A stretch of DNA of 62,277 nucleotides, counting the filler, from Diploschistes diacapsis (taxonomy: Eukaryota): assembly GCA_023645945.1 (NCBI GenBank). It is 7 parts of 7 records of this genome, joined end to end, with 100 filler letters (N's around TTAATTAATTAA, not from the genome) between each part and the next. Parts side by side here need not be neighbours in the genome. Positions count along the whole stretch, not along the records: positions 56,691 to 62,277 come from JALAIB010001520.1; 6 more parts are not named here. One strand, 5' to 3'. Under the pieces are notes generated by a model. That model ran no database searches. It was not told where the DNA came from and saw only the letters and a list, made by a program, of their open reading frames with translations. The position numbers and the translations under genes are program-made. Of this stretch, positions 61,826 to 62,277 are shown in pieces. Position 1 is the first letter of the stretch; every line of letters starts with the position of its first letter.

Positions 61826-62277
61826 CGTATCGTTATCGATCGTCGAGTCGCTAGAACTACTGAAAATCGATGTTTTCGCGGGGCAGCGCACGGACCAATT
61901 CTGGAGCAATAGAGCAGAGACAAGATTAGCGCCATTGATGGAGGATGTCTTATCCTGGAGTTGGATTGATCTCTTGCTTTAAGATGGTAGCTTCTGTTTC
62001 CCTCTGTCATTTTTGAGCGAAGACATCTGCCCTCCTCCCTTTCCTTTAAGGGATACATTGAACATGTAGTGTATATCGGAATTCCCGGCCGTTGCGATCA
62101 TAACCTTGCGCTTGCACCGAAAACCTCACATAAACACCATCCTGGGTATATCGCACAGGACGCTCCAATTCAGCACATATACATCCCATCAGCTCCAAAA
62201 CCATAACCTGCCATGCTCCCTTCACTCTCCCCAACCACCACCACCGTCACCTCCTTCCACCACCATCCCCTCCTCCC

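Noticed and set aside
1..62277. tRNA, rRNA, CRISPR arrays, prokaryotic operons
   Set aside because: None recognised; the sequence is intron-containing fungal nuclear DNA. Small ncRNAs cannot be excluded by eye.

Overview
Eukaryotic DNA from a filamentous ascomycete (Pezizomycotina-type genes with short spliceosomal introns). The window is not one continuous locus. It is seven contigs joined by artificial N44-TTAATTAATTAA-N44 linkers, with lengths 5606, 5603, 5600, 5588, 5588, 28105 and 5587 bp, which suggests size/name-sorted concatenation, so adjacency across gaps is not biological. Recognisable genes: a bZIP factor, a PAF-acetylhydrolase-family hydrolase, PDB1, a transmembrane RING-H2 ligase, a PLP-homeostasis (YggS/PROSC) protein, a Ted1-like metallophosphoesterase, a GH49 dextranase/isopullulanase, a CCHC zinc-knuckle protein, an R3H-SUZ protein, MIC12 (partial), GH17 btgC, a hybrid histidine kinase, hymA/MO25, an OPT transporter, an APSES factor and a HET-domain protein. 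Highlights: (1) the zinc-knuckle gene needs a non-canonical 52-nt AT-AC intron with major (U2)-type signals to build its CCHC motif; (2) an NLR immune receptor (TM-SesB-like hydrolase-NB-ARC-12xTPR) has a TPR array full of RIP-type stop codons while the rest is intact, and it sits about 75 bp from a RIP-decayed pogo/Fot1 transposon; (3) a tandem pair of kinase-like DUF3669 genes (the second fused on by deletion and pseudogenised) lies convergent with a HET-domain gene, a candidate non-self/cell-death locus; (4) an orphan gene with possible Kex2-type sites sits next to a long hairpin. All family assignments come from motif recognition; no database search was run.
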